Positions 1 to 8,407 of a stretch of 24,000 bases of DNA are shown in pieces. Each line of letters opens with the position of its first letter. Positions within the stretch are counted from its first letter, which is position 1. This DNA is from Lactobacillus phage Lbab1. Both the position numbers and the translations under genes were made by a program. The notes under the pieces are model-generated. The model was given only the letters and a program-made list of their open reading frames with translations, was not told the DNA's origin and did no database searches. The DNA is taken from sequence record MT758689.1. One strand, 5' to 3'.

Positions 1-404
1 ACGCGCGTGTTTCAAAGGTGCCCTATAGTCAGCTAATAGTGTCCGGTTAAAACTTGTTAGGGCGCTGAATAACTATGCATAACGTAACAGGGCACATAGT
101 AGCCCCGTAGAGCATGTTAGGGCGCTTAATAGGGCAAGTATAGGTAGACTAGCTAAGTAGGCTAAAAGGGGGCTTAAAATGGCTTGTATAGAGGCCGCTA
201 AGTAGGCCAAGTAATAGCCACTAGGTAAACCACTTAAGTATATTCATTAAGTACTGGTTAAGGGGTAAACATATACCCACTAGCAATCCCTAAGTAGGTC
301 AAGCTACTGTGACTATAGGGATTACTGGAAAGTAGCTTAAGCTGCCAAAGCATGACCTAGCTAGGTATCTAATAAGTGTACCAATTAAAAATACTAAATA
401 GGGC

Positions 405-410
405 TTGACA
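405..410 (+). promoter_or_regulatory. -35 box (TTGACA) upstream of small ORF 465..635
   Basis: Exact TTGACA; the -10 is not clear (TAAGGT at 17 nt spacing), so this is a partial promoter call. Confidence 0.4.
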
Positions 411-464
411 AAGTAATCTATAGGGAGTAAGGTATAACCATAAACAAGAAAGGAAGACTTAAAT

Positions 465-635
465 ATGAAAATTCAATTTCGATGGGGTGCTATTATGAGG
501 CTACTAATATTCGCTACCATTGCGAGCATACTAATGCCTGGGGTACCTGATTGGTTATTCTTCGTATGGGGCTTTATTGATCCAATATTTACCTTTAATA
601 GTGAGCCTAAGAGTAAGGGTAAGCACGCAGCATAA
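465..635 (+). CDS. small hydrophobic protein, 56 aa (MKIQFRWGAIMRLLIFATIASILMPGVPDWLFFVWGFIDPIFTF...)
   Basis: Not in the ORF track. Read directly: ATG at 465, TAA at 633-635, preceded by AAGAAAGGAAGA leader/RBS and an upstream TTGACA. Hydrophobic core. Confidence 0.6.
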   Translation: MKIQFRWGAIMRLLIFATIASILMPGVPDWLFFVWGFIDPIFTFNSEPKSKGKHAA

Positions 636-711
636 ACTAGAATGCATTTTTAATAATCGCTGTACCTTATGGGGCACATAAGGTAGCAAAGACCCAACCC
701 TAAATTAGCAC

Positions 712-740
712 TTGACAACATAAGCTAAATAAGGTACTAT
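712..740 (+). promoter_or_regulatory. sigma-A-type promoter
   Basis: TTGACA (712-717), 17-nt spacer, TACTAT (735-740), upstream of CDS 764..997. Confidence 0.75.
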
Positions 741-763
741 AAGAATGTAAAGGAGGAACAGTT

Positions 764-997
764 ATGAAGCCAATTATGTTTACAGTAGAAGCTCGTTATG
801 GTGACGAAAAACATAACTATCATAGCTTTGACTTTAATGAAGCACTAAGGGCATTTGAACAAGCTATTGTAATTGTAGGGAACAAGGGAACCGTTAAGCT
901 AACTAATGGGACCACATGGGAAACAACTACGTGGGACAAAGGTGAACTTAGTGGCAACTGTGTAACCATTAGGTTGGTTAAGGAGGCACTATGTTAG
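764..997 (+). CDS. hypothetical early protein, 77 aa
   Basis: ORF with AAAGGAGG RBS and consensus promoter upstream. Confidence 0.75.
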   Translation: MKPIMFTVEARYGDEKHNYHSFDFNEALRAFEQAIVIVGNKGTVKLTNGTTWETTTWDKGELSGNCVTIRLVKEALC

Positions 998-1119
998 TAT
1001 TAGTAGCATTATATATGATCCCTATTGGTATCTTAAGCTGGTTAGGTGTTCTCCTTGTGGTTAACCAGTATGACAAAGGAACTAAGTTTGGGCTATGGTG
1101 CCATAAGTTATTTAAATAA
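991..1119 (+). CDS. small membrane protein, 42 aa (MLVLVALYMIPIGILSWLGVLLVVNQYDKGTKFGLWCHKLFK)
   Basis: Not in the ORF track. ATG at 991 overlaps the end of the previous CDS; AAGGAGG RBS just upstream suggests translational coupling. Confidence 0.6.
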   Translation: MLVLVALYMIPIGILSWLGVLLVVNQYDKGTKFGLWCHKLFK

Positions 1120-1222
1120 CATCCCCTTTAGAAATTCTTCTAGGGGAAATAAAGGCAGCAAATGGCTAAAACCCTTGGCATTACTAGGGTGACTAAAACC
1201 AGCTAAAAACATTAAATAACAC

Positions 1223-1251
1223 TTGACAATATAACTGGTAAAAGGTAAGCT
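1223..1251 (+). promoter_or_regulatory. possible promoter upstream of CDS 1357..1791
   Basis: TTGACA (1223-1228), 17 nt, weak -10 TAAGCT (1246-1251). Confidence 0.45.
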
Positions 1252-1356
1252 TAAGCATATAAGACTTAATAAGAAGCCATATAAGGGGCGCTTAAGCAAA
1301 CAGGTATAAGTTTACCTAAGTAACGCTAAAGTGGCTTAGAAAGGACGTGATAGGCT

Positions 1357-1791
1357 TTGAAGCTATACTACAATGAAGGCATTAAAGATGTTAGCACCTG
1401 GCTCACTTATTACAACCTCAAAATGGAACACTATGACATTCTAAGTGAGGTAGCTAAGTCCTTTATGGAACCAGAAGAGATTGCTAAGTACGCTAAAGAA
1501 AACTTTATGGAGACTGCCATAACTGAAATGCTAATGGACGTTGTTACCCTATACAAGATCAATAGGTATTCAGGTATTGGTTCCTTTATAGAAGAGTTTA
1601 TGGACGCCTATGGTAAGGACATTAAGGGTTACGGTACTGTTGTCACTAAGGACGCTATTTATGTAGGCGTCAATACTAATGTTAAGGACTGGTTCCCTTA
1701 CTTTTTAGGCTTTGAAGATACCAATGTATTTGAAGCCTATGCTAAGACTAAAGGGATTGAAATTTGCTATGATCCCTTGCCTGAACATTAG
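1357..1791 (+). CDS. hypothetical protein, 144 aa
   Basis: Long ORF in a co-oriented small-gene array. Confidence 0.75.
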   Translation: MKLYYNEGIKDVSTWLTYYNLKMEHYDILSEVAKSFMEPEEIAKYAKENFMETAITEMLMDVVTLYKINRYSGIGSFIEEFMDAYGKDIKGYGTVVTKDAIYVGVNTNVKDWFPYFLGFEDTNVFEAYAKTKGIEICYDPLPEH

Positions 1792-1884
1792 GCCAATTAA
1801 GTCACTTTAACGTACACTATATGGTGAACAATTTTTAAACAATACGCGTACATTTATTTGGCTTAATTTCCGAACAATTAGGGC

Positions 1885-1913
1885 TTGACAACATAAGCTT
1901 AATGAGTTACTAT
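1885..1913 (+). promoter_or_regulatory. sigma-A-type promoter
   Basis: TTGACA (1885-1890), 17 nt, TACTAT (1908-1913); shares the ACATAAGCT spacer start with the promoter at 712. Confidence 0.75.
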
Positions 1914-1939
1914 AAGAGTAGCAAGAAAGGAAGATTAGC

Positions 1940-2239
1940 ATGATCAAAAACGTTACGGTAAATACACAAGAGATTAACATTAGTTACTTACAAGACTGCC
2001 TTGAAAAAAGGTTTAGTCATTCGATTTATACGATGACACGTAACGGAAATGTTATCTTACTTAGTTACAAGAAGCCTAGTAAGCCATGGTGCCAAATTAC
2101 CTTAGAGGTTAAGCAACCAGTTATATTTATATATGATGAAGATAGCAACTTACTAGCTTATGGTACTCCAGAGGATCAAGAGGACTTTGAAAGTAACTTT
2201 GCTAAGGCTTGCTACAAGATTTTAAATGAGCTTCAATAA
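1940..2239 (+). CDS. hypothetical protein, 99 aa
   Basis: ORF with AAGAAAGGAAGATTA leader/RBS and promoter. Confidence 0.75.
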   Translation: MIKNVTVNTQEINISYLQDCLEKRFSHSIYTMTRNGNVILLSYKKPSKPWCQITLEVKQPVIFIYDEDSNLLAYGTPEDQEDFESNFAKACYKILNELQ

Positions 2240-2243
2240 ACAC

Positions 2244-2271
2244 TTGACATTGTAATAAACTTTGCTATAAT
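2244..2271 (+). promoter_or_regulatory. sigma-A-type promoter
   Basis: TTGACA (2244-2249), 16 nt, TATAAT (2266-2271), upstream of CDS 2302..2583. Confidence 0.75.
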
Positions 2272-2301
2272 AGTCTTTGTAATCAAGAAAGGAAGATTAA
2301 C

Positions 2302-2583
2302 ATGACACCAGATACATTAGTTGCTAAGATTGTAGCTTTGCAAACAGCTGAAAAAGATATTAAGGATCGCATTAGTGATTACAAGAAACAACTTGCTGAA
2401 ATTGTTGACAAGCTACCAGATAAGAAGTATGAGAACGAAATAGCTACGGTAAGCTTCACTAAGGGTCGCTTAAACCGGCGCGTTAACTATGCAGGCTTAG
2501 AGGGCTACTCAGAAGAGGTCTACCATCGCTTTGTTACAGAGTCTACTAGTGAGCCAAGTTTAAAGATCACAAAGAAGGCCTAG
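2302..2583 (+). CDS. hypothetical protein, 93 aa, N-terminal coiled-coil character
   Basis: ORF with AAGAAAGGAAGATTA RBS leader. Confidence 0.75.
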   Translation: MTPDTLVAKIVALQTAEKDIKDRISDYKKQLAEIVDKLPDKKYENEIATVSFTKGRLNRRVNYAGLEGYSEEVYHRFVTESTSEPSLKITKKA

Positions 2584-2585
2584 TT

Positions 2586-2843
2586 ATGAAGATGCAAAAA
2601 GAAACTTATTACAAGATCCTTAATCAGGTGGCATTAAGCACAGCTAAGGACTTAAGCAAGCTTTATCATGCTGGCTGGTATGCACACTTCACACCTACTA
2701 TTGTCCATCAGGAGGCTTATAAGCGACTTATTAGAAGTACTGCTTATGTGCACTTTGGCCAATACAATAAAACAGCTAAAGCGGACTTACAACCTATTGC
2801 AGAAGACCTTTATGACAAGATTATTATGGGGGCAAAATTATGA
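2586..2843 (+). CDS. hypothetical protein, 85 aa
   Basis: ORF starting 2 nt after the previous stop; operon-like packing. Confidence 0.65.
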   Translation: MKMQKETYYKILNQVALSTAKDLSKLYHAGWYAHFTPTIVHQEAYKRLIRSTAYVHFGQYNKTAKADLQPIAEDLYDKIIMGAKL

Positions 2844-3043
2844 CAACATTATCTAAAAGTACCATTATTCGCCGGTTACTAATCTTACACCAGTCAGCTT
2901 TTAGTAACTTAATTAGTCACCTTAAAGAAGTACCAGGGGATGTAAGTTACCTTAAAGCAACACAAGTGATTAAGTCACTTACTAGGGATCCAGAAGAGAG
3001 AAGGGTTTACTTTGCAGCCATTAACAAGACATTTAATGCTTAA
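2840..3043 (+). CDS. hypothetical protein, 67 aa
   Basis: ATGA overlap with the upstream ORF. Confidence 0.6.
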   Translation: MTTLSKSTIIRRLLILHQSAFSNLISHLKEVPGDVSYLKATQVIKSLTRDPEERRVYFAAINKTFNA

Positions 3044-3224
3044 GGCTCGCATGGAAGTAGCTGCCCTTAGGAGTGACCATGAGGTAGCTATGTGCAAGGT
3101 GATTACTGATAGCTTTAAAAGCTTACCTACACGATCTGAAATGGCTATTTTAAGGGACTATGGTTTCACAGCTAAAGAAGTCTATGCTTTAATCCAAACT
3201 AAGTTACCATACATGTTAGGATAA
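3012..3224 (+). CDS. hypothetical protein, 70 aa; true start may be internal (ATG of MLKARMEVAAL)
   Basis: Co-directional ORF overlapping the previous stop. Confidence 0.55.
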   Translation: MQPLTRHLMLKARMEVAALRSDHEVAMCKVITDSFKSLPTRSEMAILRDYGFTAKEVYALIQTKLPYMLG

Positions 3225-3322
3225 CTTGATAGGATAACTCAATAGGATAACTCAATAGGATAAACGTTTAGGATAAACATTTTTTTCAAAAGGACTTTTT
3301 AAAATGACTTTCAAATTTCACA

Positions 3323-3571
3323 TTGGTTTATATAAGGAGGCAACCTATGCATTGGTTACAAAAACACAAGATTAAGCAAGCTGTTAAGAGCAACTTAACT
3401 GGTCAAGCTTTAATTGAACACTTAAAACAAGTTACTAAGGATAGTGATCCTTTAGTGATTGGTGATAAAGCCGTCTTAAATGGTTTCACACCTTTTGCTT
3501 ATACCGTGTTTGCAGACTTAGCAACAGGGGACACAATCATTGCTTTTAATACAAGTTTAAAGCAGGACTAA
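3323..3571 (+). CDS. hypothetical protein, 82 aa; start may be the internal MHWLQKHK
   Basis: ORF ending in a rho-independent terminator hairpin; TAAGGAGG lies inside the predicted 5' end, favouring the internal ATG. Confidence 0.6.
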   Translation: MVYIRRQPMHWLQKHKIKQAVKSNLTGQALIEHLKQVTKDSDPLVIGDKAVLNGFTPFAYTVFADLATGDTIIAFNTSLKQD

Positions 3572-3594
3572 CTTATCATAGCTAGTCCTTTTTA
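3564..3594 (+). terminator. rho-independent terminator
   Basis: AGGACTA ... TAGTCCT 7-bp stem followed by TTTTTAT. Confidence 0.75.
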
Positions 3595-3807
3595 TATGCT
3601 ATCTAATTGGCAACCTAAGAGCTTTATTAGGGGGATGCCTATAAGTTTACTAATGTATACTAAATGCCCTTAGACGGCCTATTATGGCTTTCTAGAGGTA
3701 TCTTTATTACATATTCAAGTTAAGTAGCTTAGTAGCAAGGATCTATGTAGCTTGTCTATGCCTTGTAGCATGTCCCTGTAGCATGGATCTGCCTAGGTAG
3801 GTTGGCA

Positions 3808-3942
3808 CGTTATTGATCCCACTAGCTGCCACCCTTTCGATCCTTGCTCGTTATTGATCCCACTAGTTGCCACCCTTTGGATCCTTGTAACCTTATAAGC
3901 CTATTAGCTGCCACCCTTTGGATCCTTGTAACCTTATAAGCC
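3808..3942 (+). repeat. three tandem copies with 41-bp period (core GCCACCCTTTSGATCCTTG)
   Basis: Core starts at 3828, 3869 and 3910 (exact 41-nt spacing); the third copy diverges at its 5' side. Confidence 0.85.
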
Positions 3943-4120
3943 TACTATAAATAAGCATACTATAAATAAGCTTGTTGTAAGTGAGCAGCTATTTATCCCC
4001 CTATGCACCTATTAAGCTACCATGATCGGCAGCAAAAAGCAAGCCCTAAAGGGTTTCTAAAACTTGCCAACGTGTTTCTACCTATTGTATATGCGTGACA
4101 AAAAAACTTTTTAAATTAAT

Positions 4121-4197
4121 TTTAGAAAAAATGTTTGACAACGTGACAGTATAATTATACAATGGTCTTGTAAGATAAATGAAGGGAAGTTATAAAA
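4121..4197 (+). promoter_or_regulatory. promoter/leader/RBS cassette copy 1
   Basis: 77 bp: TTTAGAAAAAATGT-TTGACA-17 nt-TACAAT...TAAGATAAATGAAGGGAAGTTATAAAA then ATG. TTGACA at 4135-4140, -10 at 4158-4163. Confidence 0.85.
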
Positions 4198-4506
4198 ATG
4201 AAATTATTCAATCGTAAACAAGTTATTACACTAGCATTCAACACGGATCAAAAAGCGAACCGGTTAACGGAGGAACAACGGTTTGACCTTATGAAAAAAG
4301 TATCTAAGGTATTTGGTGGCGGTTCTTTAGTAGAAAACACTGGAAGCTACTTAATGGACAACGGCGATGCCGCTATTGAGTACAGTTACACGCTTACTTT
4401 AATCGGTACTAAAAAAGCCGCTGCTAAAAAGTTCGCGCAAGACTTAGCTAAGAAAAACGGCCAAGAGTCTTACCTGCTGAATGAAAAACTTGTGTATACA
4501 GCTTAA
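4198..4506 (+). CDS. hypothetical protein, 102 aa
   Basis: ORF directly behind cassette 1. Confidence 0.8.
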   Translation: MKLFNRKQVITLAFNTDQKANRLTEEQRFDLMKKVSKVFGGGSLVENTGSYLMDNGDAAIEYSYTLTLIGTKKAAAKKFAQDLAKKNGQESYLLNEKLVYTA

Positions 4507-4510
4507 AAAA

Positions 4511-4587
4511 TTTAGAAAAAATGTTTGACACCGTAACAGTATAATTATATAATGGTCTTGTAAGATAAATGAAGGGAAGTTACAAAC
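4511..4587 (+). promoter_or_regulatory. promoter/leader/RBS cassette copy 2
   Basis: 77 bp; TTGACA 4525-4530, TATAAT 4548-4553; nearly identical to copy 1. Confidence 0.85.
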
Positions 4588-4866
4588 ATGAAAAAAACAG
4601 ATTTTTATAATGATGTAAAGACTGAGGTTAAATTCTTGTCGGGCTTAAGCCTTGATGCATGGTATAAAGATGGCGCCGCTATTGTACTACAGACAAGCAA
4701 GCGATTTGTAAGCCTATCATGCAAGCGCAACGTTGTAACCCTATACACAAAAGTATACGGTGAAAAAGGCGAAACCGTTGTAACTGATTATAACACAAGT
4801 TATAAGGGGAACATGGTAGGTCTAACCGCTGATCAAATTGATAAATTTTTAACCCCTCAATTTTAG
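4588..4866 (+). CDS. hypothetical protein, 92 aa
   Basis: ORF directly behind cassette 2. Confidence 0.8.
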   Translation: MKKTDFYNDVKTEVKFLSGLSLDAWYKDGAAIVLQTSKRFVSLSCKRNVVTLYTKVYGEKGETVVTDYNTSYKGNMVGLTADQIDKFLTPQF

Positions 4867-4938
4867 AAAAAATGTTTGACAACATAATGCGATAGCACTA
4901 TACTTATAAAGTAAGATAAATGAAGGGAAGTTATAAAA
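4862..4938 (+). promoter_or_regulatory. promoter/leader/RBS cassette copy 3
   Basis: 77 bp; TTGACA 4876-4881, TATACT 4899-4904; same flanks, diverged spacer. Confidence 0.85.
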
Positions 4939-5220
4939 ATGAAAACATTTAATTATGAAGGACTTCAAGCAACAGAAAACAATGACACGGTTACGATCAG
5001 TAAGAACGGTGAAATCCTTGTAACTATTGAGCACTTGAATAACAGCGCCACGGGTAACCCGCGTTATAAGATCATTAGCCACGTAGCTCAGGGCTTACCA
5101 CGGCTTGCTAGAACATACCGCCAAGTAAAAAATGCTCAGTTTGTTGAGTGGTACGGCAATTTTGACACCTTAGCAGATACAGTTATGATTGCTTTATTGG
5201 ATAGCAATTGGAATAATTAA
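4939..5220 (+). CDS. hypothetical protein, 93 aa
   Basis: ORF directly behind cassette 3. Confidence 0.8.
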   Translation: MKTFNYEGLQATENNDTVTISKNGEILVTIEHLNNSATGNPRYKIISHVAQGLPRLARTYRQVKNAQFVEWYGNFDTLADTVMIALLDSNWNN

Positions 5221-5232
5221 GGGGGGATCATC

Positions 5233-5340
5233 ATGGACGACTTAAGCAAGTACACGGGCTATAGTGACGACTTGGATCAGTTTAGTGATACTTATAATGG
5301 TATTCAAGACTACAGCAACAATGACAACACAAACAACTAG
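5233..5340 (+). CDS. small acidic protein, 35 aa (MDDLSKYTGYSDDLDQFSDTYNGIQDYSNNDNTNN)
   Basis: Not in the ORF track. ATG 5233, TAG 5338-5340, with AAGGGGGG upstream. Confidence 0.5.
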   Translation: MDDLSKYTGYSDDLDQFSDTYNGIQDYSNNDNTNN

Positions 5341-5407
5341 CATAGTAACAAGCAAGTAGGCGGCCTATATGGTCGCTTTTTTGTTGTCCTTTATTGATCC
5401 TTACAGG

Positions 5408-5486
5408 CTGCCTAGTAAGTGCTTAGCTATGGTAGTTTATTGATCCTTATACCATTGTAACTACCATAGTGAAACTAGTTAGGCAG
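5408..5486 (+). repeat. long imperfect inverted repeat / hairpin
   Basis: CTGCCTA (5408-5414)/TAGGCAG (5480-5486) outside CTATGGTAGTT (5427-5437)/AACTACCATAG (5459-5469). Confidence 0.8.
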
Positions 5487-5751
5487 CACCCGCCCCCGTG
5501 TTATATAGACCATGTGAAGCCAAAAATATCGACCTTACCCGCTATATACTAGCTAGAGTATGTGTGAGGCGCCAATTTATAGGGCAAATTAATATGTCCC
5601 TGAAACGTGTCACCCTACCCTGTCCTTTATGGGGCTTATAGGTACCCCCTAACCCCACCCCCGTAATTTTGGACAAGGTACCCTACCCCATGCTTAATAA
5701 ATATCTAAGGGAACCCCACCCCGATCCATTAGTAGCACAAAAGGGAGCCAA

Positions 5752-5775
5752 TAAAAAATCCCCAACAAGGGGATT
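5752..5775 (-). terminator. rho-independent terminator for the - strand genes
   Basis: On - strand: AATCCCC TTGTT GGGGATT TTTT. Confidence 0.8.
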
Positions 5776-5778
5776 ATT

Positions 5779-6435
5779 TCATTCGTCACTATAAGTCGTT
5801 TCTACCTTTAGCTTTATGTCAACAGGTTTGCTATTAAAGCTATTCGTGCTGGCTTTTATGCTCTTTAACACTTTTTCATATGCTTCCTTAACTAACCTAT
5901 TTAACACTTCATCATCTTTATCTTGTTCATTACTAGCCTGATTATGAACCCTTAGGCTATCTAACTGTTTCTCTAAATTCTTAATCTTAGCCTTTGCTTC
6001 TCCTAACTGTGACACTAGATCAACATGCTTTCCGGGTGCTACAATATTTTGGCCATATAATGCTCGCTTTAAACGGACAATGAGTTCCTTAGATACTTCT
6101 TCAATTCCTTTTTCCGTTAACCAACCTGCTTCTAAGGTAATATAATACCCATGCCCATCTCGATAACGTTGAACATAAGATAAACATTTATCCTTATTGT
6201 CATCGTAAGAAATAGTAATCATAAAGTCATCTGTTTGAATAGATAGCTCCAAATTATTAGGTTCCACCGTTTCTGAGTATAGTCCCTTATAGCTTCCCTC
6301 TAAAAAACCTTGTGCGCTTAAATAAATATCTTTAATATCCATAGCTGTATCTCTTCCATTCCTAGTAGCATATTTTTCAACAGCACTCGTTTTTGCAATC
6401 TTTTGTAATTTACTGTAAACTTCACTAGGCTTCAT
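5779..6435 (-). CDS. hypothetical protein, 218 aa, central coiled coil
   Basis: Long ORF; heptad-like AKAKIKNLEKQLDSL segment. Confidence 0.8.
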   Translation of the reverse strand: MKPSEVYSKLQKIAKTSAVEKYATRNGRDTAMDIKDIYLSAQGFLEGSYKGLYSETVEPNNLELSIQTDDFMITISYDDNKDKCLSYVQRYRDGHGYYITLEAGWLTEKGIEEVSKELIVRLKRALYGQNIVAPGKHVDLVSQLGEAKAKIKNLEKQLDSLRVHNQASNEQDKDDEVLNRLVKEAYEKVLKSIKASTNSFNSKPVDIKLKVETTYSDE

Positions 6436-6449
6436 TTTAATTTCCCTCC

Positions 6450-6959
6450 CTAAAGATTTTCAATTTGTTCTGCGTTAAGATGGTTTCGATTAGCATACTT
6501 ATTTGTAGCAGAAACAAGTGCACCAAGGCTATTATAACTCATCACATTTGAATGAATAAGTTCCTCTACATCCTGTATAATATCATTAAATAGTCCCTGT
6601 CCCATATCTAGCGTAGCCTTGCGAATAGTAGCTGTATATGTTCTATAGGAACCCCTCGCTAAAAGGTCTAGCAACTTATCATGTAAACTATTTGCCTCGT
6701 CCTGTATCCTAGCTTTTTTCTCATGTGCAAGGCCAGTTTTAACTGCTACAAGTTCATCTTTAACCATGGCAAGGTCAGTCTTAAGTTCTGCTAATTGTAC
6801 CTTAATATCTAGTAAATCCTTATCCACGGCCATATCGTTGTTTTCCTCTCCTCCATTAACTTCCATAATGTTTTCAATAGCACCAACAATGTCCATGTCG
6901 CCTAGTAATTTTGAGAACACTTTTTCTGATTCCTGCTCTGACATATTATATTTTGCCAT
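6450..6959 (-). CDS. hypothetical protein, about 169 aa, coiled coil
   Basis: Track ORF is 6450..6983; AGAAAGGATTCTAT RBS favours the ATG of MAKYNMSEQ (start 6959). Confidence 0.75.
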   Translation of the reverse strand: MAKYNMSEQESEKVFSKLLGDMDIVGAIENIMEVNGGEENNDMAVDKDLLDIKVQLAELKTDLAMVKDELVAVKTGLAHEKKARIQDEANSLHDKLLDLLARGSYRTYTATIRKATLDMGQGLFNDIIQDVEELIHSNVMSYNSLGALVSATNKYANRNHLNAEQIENL

Positions 6960-6986
6960 ATAGAATCCTTTCTGTCTAAACATAAG

Positions 6987-7259
6987 TTAAAAGTGTGTTT
7001 GAAGCGTTTCTACTTCTTCTACATAGTCACTAAGTTTTTCTGGACCAACCCCACGATTAGCATCAAGCTGTAATGTTTGCATATACAACTCATCATCAGG
7101 ATTAACTTTTGTATGCTTTTTATACAACTCCGCTTTTTCTTTGTTGGTAGAGACAAACAAAATAACAGTCATGCTTGTTCCCCATTCATTTTCGTATTCA
7201 TGAACAACCATATAAATAAATTTTTCCTTATGGGTTTTTTTAGTACCTTTTTTACTCAT
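6987..7259 (-). CDS. hypothetical protein, 90 aa
   Basis: ORF with AAGGAGG RBS and promoter upstream. Confidence 0.75.
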   Translation of the reverse strand: MSKKGTKKTHKEKFIYMVVHEYENEWGTSMTVILFVSTNKEKAELYKKHTKVNPDDELYMQTLQLDANRGVGPEKLSDYVEEVETLQTHF

Positions 7260-7281
7260 TGTAATACCTCCTTACATATTA

Positions 7282-7310
7282 ATACTAACACAGTGCCTAG
7301 TATGTGTCAA
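7282..7310 (-). promoter_or_regulatory. sigma-A-type promoter
   Basis: - strand TTGACA, 17 nt, TAGTAT. Confidence 0.65.
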
Positions 7311-7322
7311 GCCCTTATTTGC

Positions 7323-7547
7323 CTAGTCAAGGTCATTACCTGCAACCTCAACCTTATGCATGTATAGGAGTACTTCCCTAACATTATCATGGCTTTCTTT
7401 CATAAACTCGGATAGCCCATCCTTAGCATATTCCTCTGCCTGCTTAATAGCACCTTCAAAGTCAAACACGCCATCGTTCCTTAAGGTGAATTTAGTGTCG
7501 TCAACAAGCATCATATTAAGCAATTGCAATTCAACTTCTGTATCCAT
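7323..7547 (-). CDS. hypothetical protein, 74 aa
   Basis: ORF with AGAGGGG RBS-like sequence. Confidence 0.65.
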   Translation of the reverse strand: MDTEVELQLLNMMLVDDTKFTLRNDGVFDFEGAIKQAEEYAKDGLSEFMKESHDNVREVLLYMHKVEVAGNDLD

Positions 7548-7562
7548 AGTTACCCCTCTACT

Positions 7563-8330
7563 CTAAATGTCAAATGGATCATCAGACACAAACCCTTGAT
7601 CAAACCAAGAGGCAACCTGTGTCTTAGTTCCCTTATCTACCTTGTCAATGTAGTCTGTGTCCAAGTCAATTTTCACTAAATCACATTCAACTTTATTGCG
7701 CCAATCCTTGTTTAAATCAGCTACGTATGCATCCATCTTATCCTTACTCAGGGTAGCATATAAGATATTAGCACCTCCCTCACCTGGTTCCCAGCCGTCA
7801 CTATCTGACCATTGCTGAACAGCAAGGTAAAGTTTTGTTTTCCGTTTAGGTGCCCTTTTTTGCTCTTTTACAGCAGCTTCATTATAGCGGTTTGCAAGTT
7901 TCTCTAAGGTACTTTTAGGGAGATTATCTAGCATATCATCCAACTCTTTATCAGTTACCCATGTAGTAGTGTCCAACATACTATCTGGAATAAATACTTC
8001 TTTAGCTTCTTTAGGCGTATATTTGTTCCCGTCATACACAATCATTGTACCCAAGCTAGCGGTATGAGGAATAATTACGTATTCAAACCCTTTATTTTTA
8101 CCATCCAGAATCCCTAAAAGCACCTTTTCATCATCGGCAGTTAAGGAAGGATTTAAAACGCTAAGAATAGTATCTTTGTTGTCATTAAGCCATTCATTAG
8201 CGCCATTAAAATAGGATGTTGATGCAACAAGCATGATAGTACCAATACGTGTAAAAATCATATCAATACTATGTTCTACTACAGTTATTCCGTTACTTTG
8301 TTTAGCCGTTCTAACCTCATCATTAGCCAC
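7563..8330 (-). CDS. hypothetical protein, 255 aa (may extend to 8420 with an ATT start)
   Basis: Long ORF; the GTG start at 8330 has a poor RBS, and the open frame extends upstream. Confidence 0.75.
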   Translation of the reverse strand: MANDEVRTAKQSNGITVVEHSIDMIFTRIGTIMLVASTSYFNGANEWLNDNKDTILSVLNPSLTADDEKVLLGILDGKNKGFEYVIIPHTASLGTMIVYDGNKYTPKEAKEVFIPDSMLDTTTWVTDKELDDMLDNLPKSTLEKLANRYNEAAVKEQKRAPKRKTKLYLAVQQWSDSDGWEPGEGGANILYATLSKDKMDAYVADLNKDWRNKVECDLVKIDLDTDYIDKVDKGTKTQVASWFDQGFVSDDPFDI

Positions 8331-8407
8331 ATCATAGAAGTAAGTGGATGGATCCCTACCATAGCGTTTTTCAGCCTTTTCGTAGCCTTTTTCAAAAAGA
8401 TACTGTT

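Noticed and set aside
3808-3942. CRISPR array
   Set aside because: The 41-bp units are contiguous tandem repeats without unique spacers.
4679-5082. - strand ORFs 4679..4885 and 4849..5082
   Set aside because: Antisense shadows of the cassette-driven + strand genes.
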